Notes under the pieces: generated by a model
Told to the model about the DNA's origin: nothing
What the model saw: the letters and a program-made list of their open reading frames with translations, nothing else
Databases searched by the model: none
Shown: positions 28,415 through 37,008 of the stretch, one piece after another
Layout of the letters: the number at the start of each line of letters is the position of its first letter
Position numbering within the stretch: the first letter of the stretch is position 1
NCBI GenBank assembly: GCA_964432435.1
Contig: CAYSNL010000002.1
Span: 18,454-82,453 of the forward strand
Direction of reading: 5' to 3'
From: Candidatus Woesearchaeota archaeon
Lineage (GTDB): Archaea > Nanobdellota > Nanobdellia > SCGC-AAA011-G17 > JACPIM01
DNA length: 64,000 bases
Position numbers and translations under genes: made by a program

Positions 28415-29677
28415 ATGAATAGAGGTTTTTTTATATTGCTTGTTTTAATACTAAATATGAATTTAGTTTTTTCTAGTAAAAATATTCCAGATGAATGTAT
28501 TTTTGTAAGTTCAAGTGATAAAAACAATTTAAACTTGATAGATGGTCCTAAGGTAGTATTACAGAAATATATTAATTCACAAGGTAATGAGGAAATTTTA
28601 ATGTTTTTTTATGAAAAAGATAAAAGTCAAGGTGATATAGGTGCTTTAAGGTTAATTTTAAATTATAAAAAAAGTGAAGATGTATACAGTTTTTGGTCTA
28701 CTAATTTAAATGAATGCAAAGAGAATGAAAATGGATGTAGAGAATATTTTATTAAGAAAGATATACCTGAAATTTGTAGAAGATCTGGTCTTGAAATAAT
28801 CAGACCTATACCCTCTAAAGAAGGTATAGAAGAAAAACTTAAAGGAATAAATATAATTGATAATTGTGCTAATCTACCCAAGGAGCCTTCTTATTGTTCA
28901 GATAATATATTTATAAGAGGTATTGGAAAGTTTTATTATTTTTTAAAATCTATTTTTAATCCTGAATTAAAATCTTTAGACCTAAATGAATGTAAAAAAA
29001 TAAATATAGTAATAACTGGCCAAGGTTTTATAAATGAACAAGAGAAAGGAGAATTTACAGATTTAGCAAGAGAGGCAATTATTGAAGGTTTTTTTAAAAA
29101 CGATGTAATATCTTCAAATGCTTTTAGATTTAATTTTTATTTGTTAGATCCTTCAAATGATTTTAATTGTGCGACTAATTGTTTAGGTATTGATCGGGCT
29201 CTTTGCTGTGATAATACGAAGATTATTAATAAAGTTTCAGAATGCCCTAATGATTTTGTTTATGTTTTTGTTAATTCTAATAAAGATGCTGGGAGCAGTA
29301 CCGGGGTTATTTCAATGTCCACTTCATTTAATTTTGATCCTGGTGTTGTTGAGCATGAACTAATAGGGCATGGAGTTGGTGATTTAAGGGACGAGTATGT
29401 TGATGAATATTTTAGAACTATTGGTGAAAAACCTGAAAGAAATTGTTATGGAGATAAAAGTTGTAGGGCTTGGTGTAAATCTAGCGATGATTGTATTATT
29501 GGGACTGGTTGTTTTGAGGGTTGTGAATTATCTGAATGGTATAGGCCACATAGAACTAGTTTCATGAAGGTCTCTGGGAGAGAGATTGGTAGATATAATG
29601 AGATATTAATATGCGAAAGGATAAAAGAGTTTACTAATAAAGTTTCAGGATATTGTAATGAAATAGGTGTAGAATGA
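28415..29677 (+). CDS. secreted Cys-rich zinc metallopeptidase-like protein (HExxH; M64-like)
   Basis: Signal peptide; 'VEHELIGHGVGDLRDEY' HExxGH...DEY block; more than 20 Cys. Confidence 0.4.
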   Translation: MNRGFFILLVLILNMNLVFSSKNIPDECIFVSSSDKNNLNLIDGPKVVLQKYINSQGNEEILMFFYEKDKSQGDIGALRLILNYKKSEDVYSFWSTNLNECKENENGCREYFIKKDIPEICRRSGLEIIRPIPSKEGIEEKLKGINIIDNCANLPKEPSYCSDNIFIRGIGKFYYFLKSIFNPELKSLDLNECKKINIVITGQGFINEQEKGEFTDLAREAIIEGFFKNDVISSNAFRFNFYLLDPSNDFNCATNCLGIDRALCCDNTKIINKVSECPNDFVYVFVNSNKDAGSSTGVISMSTSFNFDPGVVEHELIGHGVGDLRDEYVDEYFRTIGEKPERNCYGDKSCRAWCKSSDDCIIGTGCFEGCELSEWYRPHRTSFMKVSGREIGRYNEILICERIKEFTNKVSGYCNEIGVE

Positions 29678-30159
29678 GTAAAAAATATTTATTGATTTTA
29701 GCATTATTTTTAATAATTAATAGTGTTAACGCTGAAAGAATTTATTTATTTAATTTTAATTATGATAATGGAGAAATTTCTTTAATTAAGGTTAATAAAA
29801 TGGATGGATATGTTCCAGATATTAAAGAAGGTGATTATTCTTTTGTTATTTTAAATAAAAATAATAGGGTTTTAGATAAAACTGATTTTAAGATGCCTAA
29901 AGTGTTAGAGATTGTACCTACTGAAAAGTACAATGGCAAATATTTTGAATTGAAGAATTTTAATTTTACAATACCTTCTGACTATAAAAGGGGAATGGCT
30001 AAAATAAGAATTATGAAAGATAATGAACTATTATTTGAGGAAAATATAGAAAAATATAATTTAGGTTATGAGAATAATTATTGGACTTGGTTAATTTCTG
30101 GTTTAATTATTTTAATAACCCTTGTTGGTTATTTATTTTATAAGATAAAGAAAACTTAG
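29674..30159 (+). CDS. secreted protein with C-terminal TM anchor
   Basis: Signal peptide 'MSKKYLLILALFLIINSVNA', C-terminal 'WLISGLIILITLVGYLFY' helix. Confidence 0.35.
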   Translation: MSKKYLLILALFLIINSVNAERIYLFNFNYDNGEISLIKVNKMDGYVPDIKEGDYSFVILNKNNRVLDKTDFKMPKVLEIVPTEKYNGKYFELKNFNFTIPSDYKRGMAKIRIMKDNELLFEENIEKYNLGYENNYWTWLISGLIILITLVGYLFYKIKKT

Positions 30160-30160
30160 C

Positions 30161-30283
30161 CTATTTTTCTTCTATTTTTGTTGATCTAAATTTCCCGCCT
30201 TTTTTGTAGACTCTAAAACGGCGTTTTAGTTTACTATCTCTTTTAGATTTTCTATTTCCAGCTGAATAATCATAGTCTGACAT
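30161..30283 (-). CDS. small basic protein (40 aa), speculative
   Basis: Hand-translated: MSDYDYSAGNRKSKRDSKLKRRFRVYKKGGKFRSTKIEEK; strongly Lys/Arg-rich; not in ORF track. Confidence 0.2.
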   Translation of the reverse strand: MSDYDYSAGNRKSKRDSKLKRRFRVYKKGGKFRSTKIEEK

Positions 30284-30319
30284 ATTAATAGAATAATTTT
30301 ACGTATATATAAATCTTAT

Positions 30320-30583
30320 TCATAAATTGTTTGAAGTTAATTTCAATAATCTTCTTAATTTGGGTTCATCAAAACCCACAACTATATTCCCGTCAATGTC
30401 TATTACTGGAACGCCTTGTTGACCTGATTTTTCAATCATCTCTTGTGCCGCTTTAAAATTTCTTCCCACATCTATCGATTTGAATTCTATCTTGTGTTCT
30501 TTAAAAAATTCTTCGGCCTTATGACACCAAGGACAGGTTTGTGTTCTATAAAGCAATACTTTGTGATCTGTCATTTTATTCAT
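30320..30583 (-). CDS. glutaredoxin/NrdH-like redoxin
   Basis: 'CPWCHKAEEFF' CxxC active site, 'GVPVIDIDG' cis-Pro region; 87 aa. Confidence 0.7.
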   Translation of the reverse strand: MNKMTDHKVLLYRTQTCPWCHKAEEFFKEHKIEFKSIDVGRNFKAAQEMIEKSGQQGVPVIDIDGNIVVGFDEPKLRRLLKLTSNNL

Positions 30584-30761
30584 CCAATGATTATGCTTGA
30601 TTTATTTTTATTGTCTGGTTTTATTTAAATCTATTGTTTATAAAGACTTTAGGTTAAAGTCTTAAAAAGATCTTTAAGGTTTTCTAATAGTTGAGATCTG
30701 ATTATAGACAGATTTAAGACAACGTTTATAAAGAGTTTAATTTTTCTAAGTTAAGATTAAA

Positions 30762-31943
30762 ATGGATTTAAAAGAAGAAGCACTAAAGATGCATAGGATA
30801 AATAAAGGTAAATTAGAGACAAGGTCTAAAATTTTAGTTGATACAAAGCAAAAATTAAGCTTAGTTTACACTCCTGGGGTCGCAGAGGTTTCTAAAGAAA
30901 TTGCACTAGATAAAACTAAGATATATGATTATACCTTTAAATCTAATTCTGTTGCTGTTATTACTGATGGCAGTGCTGTGCTTGGCTTAGGAAATATCGG
31001 AGCAGAGGCTTCATTGCCTGTTATGGAAGGTAAATGTGTTCTTTTTAAAGAATTAGCTAATATAGATGCTTTTCCAATTTGTATAAAAACACAAGAGGAG
31101 AGGGAAATAATAAATATAGTAAAAAATATAGCTACTGTTTTTGGTGGAATTAATCTCGAGGATATATCTGCTCCTAGGTGTTTTAAAATAGAAGAAGCTT
31201 TGCTCGATATTGGCATTCCTGTGATGCATGATGATCAACATGGAACAGCTATCGTTGTTTTAGCTGCTTTAATAAATTCTGTAAAAGTTGTAAACAAAAA
31301 AATTGAGAATTTAAAAGTTGTTATTAATGGAGCAGGAGCAGCTGGAATAGCTATAACTAAGCTACTGATGTGTTTAGATATAGATAAAAAAATATGTACT
31401 TCTGTCAAAGAAATAGTTCTTTGTGATAGCAAAGGTATTATTTATGATGGTAGGCCAGACTTGAATGAGTTCAAAACAAAAATGGCAAAGATAACAAATC
31501 AGTCTATGAGAAAAGGGACATTAAAAGATGCGTTAGAAGGAGCAGATGTTTTTATTGGTGTTTCAAGTGGGAATTTAGTAACAGCAAATGATTTAAAAAA
31601 AATGAATGAAAGGGCAATTGTATTTGCTATGGCAAATCCTGTCCCCGAGATAATGCCTGATGAAGCAAATAAAATTGCTGTTGTTGTTGGTACTGGTAGG
31701 AGTGATTTTCCGAATCAGATAAATAATTCTTTAGCTTTTCCTGGGGTGTTTAGAGGGGCTTTAGACGTGAAAGCAACTAAAATAAATAATGAAATGAAGA
31801 TTGCTGCTGCCTATGCGTTAGCTAATTATATAAAACCAACAGTAAATAATATATTACCTTATACTTTAGACAAGGGTGTTGTATCAAAAGTTGCGCAAGC
31901 AGTAAAGAAAGCAGCAATAGAAACAAACGTGGTTAGACATTAG
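30762..31943 (+). CDS. NAD(P)-dependent malic enzyme
   Basis: 'YTPGVAEVS', 'MHDDQHGTAIVVLAALINS', 'INGAGAAGIA' malic-enzyme blocks. Confidence 0.85.
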   Translation: MDLKEEALKMHRINKGKLETRSKILVDTKQKLSLVYTPGVAEVSKEIALDKTKIYDYTFKSNSVAVITDGSAVLGLGNIGAEASLPVMEGKCVLFKELANIDAFPICIKTQEEREIINIVKNIATVFGGINLEDISAPRCFKIEEALLDIGIPVMHDDQHGTAIVVLAALINSVKVVNKKIENLKVVINGAGAAGIAITKLLMCLDIDKKICTSVKEIVLCDSKGIIYDGRPDLNEFKTKMAKITNQSMRKGTLKDALEGADVFIGVSSGNLVTANDLKKMNERAIVFAMANPVPEIMPDEANKIAVVVGTGRSDFPNQINNSLAFPGVFRGALDVKATKINNEMKIAAAYALANYIKPTVNNILPYTLDKGVVSKVAQAVKKAAIETNVVRH

Positions 31944-31951
31944 TCTATCAT

Positions 31952-32617
31952 TTAAAGAATACATATACCTTCTTTCCCCTCTTTTTTGATTTTATACATA
32001 GCATGATCAGCTGTAGTTAATAAGGCATCTCTTATATCTTGAACATGATACCGATCTAATATTAAATCTCCAAAACCATTAACTTTACCTTTTTCTAGAG
32101 AACTTATTCCAGCACTAAAAGTAATTCCATTTACTTGATATTCTGGGAATATTATTCCAGTTGAACTTTTTTCATAAATTCTAGAAACAACGTGATTAGC
32201 TAATTTTTTACTAGCTTGTGGTAAGACTATAACAAATTCATCTCCACCAACTCTAGAAGCTTGATCATGTGGTCTTATTTGAGAAAGTAAACTTCTTGCA
32301 AATGCTTTCAAGATTTGGTCGCCTGCTTCGTGTTTATATGAATCATTTACTATTTTAAAATTATTAAGATCTAGGTAAGCAAGTGATAATGGTGGATGAT
32401 CTAGATTATGGTTTCTCATACTTCTTAGAATATTTTGAATTTCTTTTTCTAGGAATGTGTATAATCCTCTTCTATTTGGTATTTCGGTAAGAGGATCTAC
32501 AGTAGCCATTTCTCTATACATCATTAATTCGTGTCTAGTTACTTCAAGTTCATTTCTTAATCTAACTATTTCTCTTTCCAAGTTAGATTCCTGAGTTTCT
32601 TGTTGGTTGTTTGACAT
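31952..32617 (-). CDS. GGDEF-domain protein (diguanylate cyclase) with N-terminal coiled coil
   Basis: 'DPLTEIPNRRGL', 'LDLNNFKIVNDSYKHEAGDQIL', 'RVGGDEFVIVLP', 'SAGISS', 'ADHAMYKIKKEGKEG': all canonical GGDEF blocks, including an intact GGDEF. Confidence 0.8.
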   Translation of the reverse strand: MSNNQQETQESNLEREIVRLRNELEVTRHELMMYREMATVDPLTEIPNRRGLYTFLEKEIQNILRSMRNHNLDHPPLSLAYLDLNNFKIVNDSYKHEAGDQILKAFARSLLSQIRPHDQASRVGGDEFVIVLPQASKKLANHVVSRIYEKSSTGIIFPEYQVNGITFSAGISSLEKGKVNGFGDLILDRYHVQDIRDALLTTADHAMYKIKKEGKEGICIL

Positions 32618-32679
32618 GTAAAAAAGAAGACGAAGCCAATTTATAAATCTTTCGTTATGTTACTTTTGTTTAGTAGTGA

Positions 32680-33108
32680 TTATTTAACTATTAAATTTCC
32701 TTTCATTTCTTTATGTCCTGAACCACAAAATACATTACAGAAAAAAGTAAACTCTCCTGATTTATCAGCTATAAACTCTATAGTCTCAGTTTTACCGACA
32801 TCTACTTTCTGGCTTATTCCATATTCTGGAATAGCTATGCCGTGATTTACATCTGTACTTGTTAATTTAATCTTAACTTTATCTCCTTTGTTTACTGTTA
32901 TGGTTGATGGATCAAATTCAAATTTTTTTGCAGTCATATCTATTTCTACTGTTTTCCCAGTTAGTTGATAATTTGTATCGTCATTTCCTGTGTTTACTAC
33001 ATTAACTTGGGGTAAAGTTGTAGAAATTGTTTCTTGTTGTGTTTTAGACTGACATCCGGCCAAAATAAATAAGGCAAGTATTAAAAAAATTAATAAAATA
33101 TTTTTCAT
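32680..33108 (-). CDS. CuA-type cupredoxin lipoprotein
   Basis: Lipobox 'LAGC' after signal peptide; C-terminal 'FFCNVFCGSGHKEM' = C-x3-C-G-x2-H-x2-M CuA-type ligand set with upstream 'HG'; internal Met start (ORF-track start 33153). Confidence 0.6.
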   Translation of the reverse strand: MKNILLIFLILALFILAGCQSKTQQETISTTLPQVNVVNTGNDDTNYQLTGKTVEIDMTAKKFEFDPSTITVNKGDKVKIKLTSTDVNHGIAIPEYGISQKVDVGKTETIEFIADKSGEFTFFCNVFCGSGHKEMKGNLIVK

Positions 33109-33149
33109 AACTCTTTTTTTAAATTCTATTTTATTTAAAAACTTTTTCT

Positions 33150-33515
33150 TCAATCTCTAAATTTTGAGTCCAAACTTAATTTTTTATTTTCTGATAAAGA
33201 TAAAGATAAAAGAGCTGTAAAAATACCTAAATCCCTTACTGCAATATCATTATAACCCAAAGACATGATTATAGGAATCATGCTTATTGCTAGTAACAGA
33301 GAAGCCAATCTAGTAAATAAACCAATTATTAATAAAATTGCCATTAATACTTGAAAAATTGCCATTATAATTATTACTGTATTACCCGATATTGGAATAA
33401 GAGATGGTACTAAAGAAGACCAGATTTCCGGTTGTAGAATACTAGTTACACCAAACCACAGGAAAACTATTCCTAACCCTATTCTTAAAATTAATGTACT
33501 ATAGTCCTTAAGCAT
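33150..33515 (-). CDS. DoxX-family membrane protein
   Basis: 121 aa, 3-4 TM helices, 'RIGLGIVFLWFG' DoxX-like N-terminus; 4-nt overlap with the cupredoxin gene. Confidence 0.55.
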   Translation of the reverse strand: MLKDYSTLILRIGLGIVFLWFGVTSILQPEIWSSLVPSLIPISGNTVIIIMAIFQVLMAILLIIGLFTRLASLLLAISMIPIIMSLGYNDIAVRDLGIFTALLSLSLSENKKLSLDSKFRD

Positions 33516-33663
33516 AAAAAATAAAATATTCTTTAGTTTAAAAGTTTTTTTGAATATACTGGCTTTGTCTAAATAGTCTTCAAAACATTTTACTCTTTAC
33601 ACAAAAATTAGACTTTATACCCAAGAGTTACTTATTACACGAAGCTGAATATACTTAAATAAA

Positions 33664-34755
33664 TTAACCAAAAGTAAAAGCACTAAATTTAAATTCTTTT
33701 GATGAAGTTGTTAGTTTTAATGTGTAGGTCCCATATTTTGAATTAACCACGCTATATAGTCTTGCCTCTTTGATTAAAATAATTGCTTTGTTGTTTTTAA
33801 ACTGAACGTCAGATCCAGTCTGTTCTTTTGTTATTATATTACCGTCAATATAAACTTCTAATTCTATTGGTTTAATAGGTTTATCTGTTACTATATTAAC
33901 TGTTGATGCTGTGAATTTAAGAATTATAGATCCATTCTCGTCTTGATTTTCTAAGCTATCTGGATTGTTTTTCCACTTTCCATCCAAATAAAGCTTGTCT
34001 GGTTGAATGTCCTCTGGTGATTTGTAATCTACTATTTGGTCTGGTTTATATCCTTCTTTATTTCCTAAATTTTGTCCTCTTGGTGTTGCAAATTGATAAC
34101 CAGCATATGTTTCTGGTGTTATTCTGAACCTTATTGCTGTTTCTGGTTCTTTAGTCAAATTCATATTTGTTACATTCTCGCCTAATTCTTTTAATAGCTC
34201 TTGTATTTTCTTCTCTATTTCTTCATAATTACCTTCTCCAAAATGAAAATATTTTATATAACCATCTTTATCTATTAAATATTTAGCTGGCCAATATCTA
34301 TTTTCATAATTATTCCATGTAGAGTAATCATTATCCATTCCAACAGGATATTTTATTTTAAAATCTTTTACAGCCTGCTCAACGTTTTCTGTTTTCTTTT
34401 CAAAATCAAATTCAGGTGTATGAATCCCTATTATTTGCAATCCTTTTTTAGAATATTTTTCATCCCATTCTTTTAAATATGGCAAAGTTCTGATGCAGTT
34501 TATGCAAGTATAAGTCCAGAAGTCAACTAAAACCACTTTTTTCCCTTGAAATTCATTTATTGTTAGCGGATTTGAATTTATCCAGTGTTTAATTCCGATT
34601 ATCTCAGGTGCTTTGCCAGTTTCTGATTTTTCAGAAACGTTAATTATTTTACAACCTATACCTGGAATGCAAACTCCTCTTTCTACCATTATTATCACTC
34701 CTACTATTATGATTATAGTAAATATTAATAAAGTTCTTCTAATTCTGGTTTCCAT
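33664..34755 (-). CDS. membrane-anchored TlpA/AhpC-TSA-like thioredoxin-fold protein with extra C-terminal domain
   Basis: 'LVDFWTYTCINCIRTLPYL' Trx-like CxxC; ~150-aa C-terminal beta-rich extension. Confidence 0.65.
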   Translation of the reverse strand: METRIRRTLLIFTIIIIVGVIIMVERGVCIPGIGCKIINVSEKSETGKAPEIIGIKHWINSNPLTINEFQGKKVVLVDFWTYTCINCIRTLPYLKEWDEKYSKKGLQIIGIHTPEFDFEKKTENVEQAVKDFKIKYPVGMDNDYSTWNNYENRYWPAKYLIDKDGYIKYFHFGEGNYEEIEKKIQELLKELGENVTNMNLTKEPETAIRFRITPETYAGYQFATPRGQNLGNKEGYKPDQIVDYKSPEDIQPDKLYLDGKWKNNPDSLENQDENGSIILKFTASTVNIVTDKPIKPIELEVYIDGNIITKEQTGSDVQFKNNKAIILIKEARLYSVVNSKYGTYTLKLTTSSKEFKFSAFTFG

Positions 34756-35497
34756 TTTTTATTGTTATCGATGTCAAATAAACTAAAAATGCAGGTATTA
34801 ATGGTAATACACAAGGACTTAAAAACGAAATTAAGCCAGCCAAAAAAGCTATTCCTAGATTTATGGATGATCCTAAGTCTATGTAATTTAAATTAAATTT
34901 TAAAAGTAAATTTGCTACAAATGACAAATTTGCTATTTTAGCTAAATTGCTTGTGAAAACTAATATACCCATAGTAATTAATATAGTTCCAAAAATATAA
35001 TTTATGTATTTTAAATAAGGTAGCATTTTTTGAATAAATTTATTTGCCTGATTTGTGAATAATCCAACTAAAAGAAAAGGTATTCCTAATCCTAATGAAT
35101 AAGAAAACAATAATAAAAATGCCTTTGTTGGCTGTGTTATAGCTAATGTTAAAATTCCTCCTAAAATCGCACCTATGCAAGGAGTCCACCCAACTGCAAA
35201 AGCAGAGCCGAACAAAAATGATGCTACATATGAAGATCTAAATTTTCTTTTAATTTGAAATTTATGTTCTTTTTCTAGGAATGGTATTTTTAGTAAATTT
35301 AACAAATAAAGTCCAAAGATCATTATTATTATACCACCGACTCTGCTTAGCCATTTTAAAACTATTAAAGAAGAGTTTGAGAATATTGTTTGAAGTAAAA
35401 TACCGACTAATGAAAAAACTATGCTGAAACCAAGAACAAAGAAAAAACTATTAATAAAAATATTCCATTGATTTTTTGCCATATTTAACAACCACAC
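34739..35497 (-). CDS. ccdA: cytochrome c-type biogenesis/thiol-disulfide transporter CcdA (DsbD transmembrane core)
   Basis: Polytopic; conserved Cys in TM1 ('WTPCIGAILG') and TM4 ('FLSPCVLPLIP'); likely start at second Met (35482). Confidence 0.75.
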   Translation of the reverse strand: MWLLNMAKNQWNIFINSFFFVLGFSIVFSLVGILLQTIFSNSSLIVLKWLSRVGGIIIMIFGLYLLNLLKIPFLEKEHKFQIKRKFRSSYVASFLFGSAFAVGWTPCIGAILGGILTLAITQPTKAFLLLFSYSLGLGIPFLLVGLFTNQANKFIQKMLPYLKYINYIFGTILITMGILVFTSNLAKIANLSFVANLLLKFNLNYIDLGSSINLGIAFLAGLISFLSPCVLPLIPAFLVYLTSITIKNGNQN

Positions 35498-35613
35498 ATA
35501 TTTGAATATATTTTTATTGTATTTTTTATATCAACCATTTTTAGACCACAACATTTTTTTAATCTATCTGCTTTAAAACCACAATGTTCACATATGTAGA
35601 TTTTTTCATCCAT
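35485..35613 (-). CDS. small zinc-ribbon protein (42 aa)
   Basis: Hand-translated MDEKIYICEHCGFKADRLKKCCGLKMVDIKNTIKIYSNMCGC; stop 2 nt from the probable ccdA start. Confidence 0.3.
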   Translation of the reverse strand: MDEKIYICEHCGFKADRLKKCCGLKMVDIKNTIKIYSNMCGC

Positions 35614-35813
35614 TTCTAAGTAGAAAATGATAAGTTTAATTTATATTCTATGTTAATCTGCTAAACTCAAATTTAATAATTAAATCTAGTTTAAGTGCGG
35701 TTAAGTTCTCGTAAATACTTGAAGTGACCGGAGTGCAATTTTTATAGTGAATTAATTTTTAGGATTGGAAATAAAAATGGTACTCTTTAAAATAAATAGA
35801 AAACCAAAAAGTT

Positions 35814-36122
35814 TTATTCTCTAGAAAAGCCAACTTTTACGCCTTCTGCTTTTGCGTAAAGCTCGAATAATTGCTGTATTTCGTTAGCATATTTTTGTGG
35901 AAAATTTCCCTTAAGTGTCACGCCAATTGCTCTGCTTTTGTCTGTTTGATGTTCTCTTAATCCACAAACTGCTTCAACCAAAAGGCATTCAAGAGTAAAA
36001 CCTCCTGTTCCTTGAACCATTCCTCTTGCTGGACTATATCTAACTTCATATCTATTTACATCCGCGCTTGAGTGTTCTGATTTTTCTCTTATAGGTTTTG
36101 CAATAAATGTTATATGATGCAT
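35814..36122 (-). CDS. hypothetical protein
   Basis: 102 aa, no recognised family. Confidence 0.3.
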   Translation of the reverse strand: MHHITFIAKPIREKSEHSSADVNRYEVRYSPARGMVQGTGGFTLECLLVEAVCGLREHQTDKSRAIGVTLKGNFPQKYANEIQQLFELYAKAEGVKVGFSRE

Positions 36123-36318
36123 TGTAATATTTGATTATATAATATCTTTATAAACCTTTTGTTTTATAACTACCATAGAGTTACTAAGGAATTCTCATTA
36201 AATTTGGGTGGATCTCTAATAAGTAAGATAGAAAATTATCGGACGTAACAGATTATTGGAACTGTTAAAGGAAAAATTTAAATAGTAAAAATTTTAATAA
36301 TTAAATAGTGGGTTTAAA

Positions 36319-36960
36319 ATGAAATATACTGTTATTGCTCCTGTTGGGGATTATATGGATGATTTATTTGTGGGTGTTAGAGAGTTTCCTACTGAGAGAA
36401 TTATCTTGGTTAGCTCCAAAGAAAGATTAAAAGATGCTGATGAGACTAAGAAAAAATTAGAGCAATTTAAGATACCTAGTCAGATCAAGGAAGTAAGAAG
36501 TGATACTCATATATGGGAGGCTACATTTGAAGCTATTGCACAGATTAAGGCGCTTGAGAAAGATAAAGAACTTTTGATTAATGTTAGTACTGGAGATAGA
36601 GAAACAAGATGTGCTGCAACATCTGCTGCCTTTGTTAACGGAATAAAAGCCTTTGGTGTAGATGGTAATGAGGCGATGTTATTGCCAATATTAAAGTTTT
36701 CATATTATAAAATATTAACTGATAAAAAACTAGAAGTCTTAAAGGTTCTTGCTAATGATCCTAAGTGTTGTGCGTCTTTAGATGAGTTAAGCAAAAAAAC
36801 AGGGATGAGCTTGCCTTTAATTAGCTATCACATTAATGGAACTTTAAAAAGTGAAGGTTTGAAAGAATTGGGTCTTGTTGAAACTACTGAAAAAAAAGGC
36901 AGAATGGAAATCAACTTAAGTATGATGGGTAGGTTATTAGTTAAGGGGTATATAAGATAA
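36319..36960 (+). CDS. putative ligand-sensing regulator: N-terminal Rossmann-like (CARF/Csa3-like) domain + C-terminal winged HTH
   Basis: 'MKYTVIAPVGDYMDD...ERIILVSS' Rossmann-like start; C-terminal 'LEVLKVLANDPKCCASLDELSKKTGMSLPLISYHINGTLKSEGL' ArsR-like wHTH. Confidence 0.4.
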   Translation: MKYTVIAPVGDYMDDLFVGVREFPTERIILVSSKERLKDADETKKKLEQFKIPSQIKEVRSDTHIWEATFEAIAQIKALEKDKELLINVSTGDRETRCAATSAAFVNGIKAFGVDGNEAMLLPILKFSYYKILTDKKLEVLKVLANDPKCCASLDELSKKTGMSLPLISYHINGTLKSEGLKELGLVETTEKKGRMEINLSMMGRLLVKGYIR

Positions 36961-37008
36961 AGATTTTTCAATAAAGCTTAAATACTCGTTTTTTAAGGTT
37001 TTTCTAAA

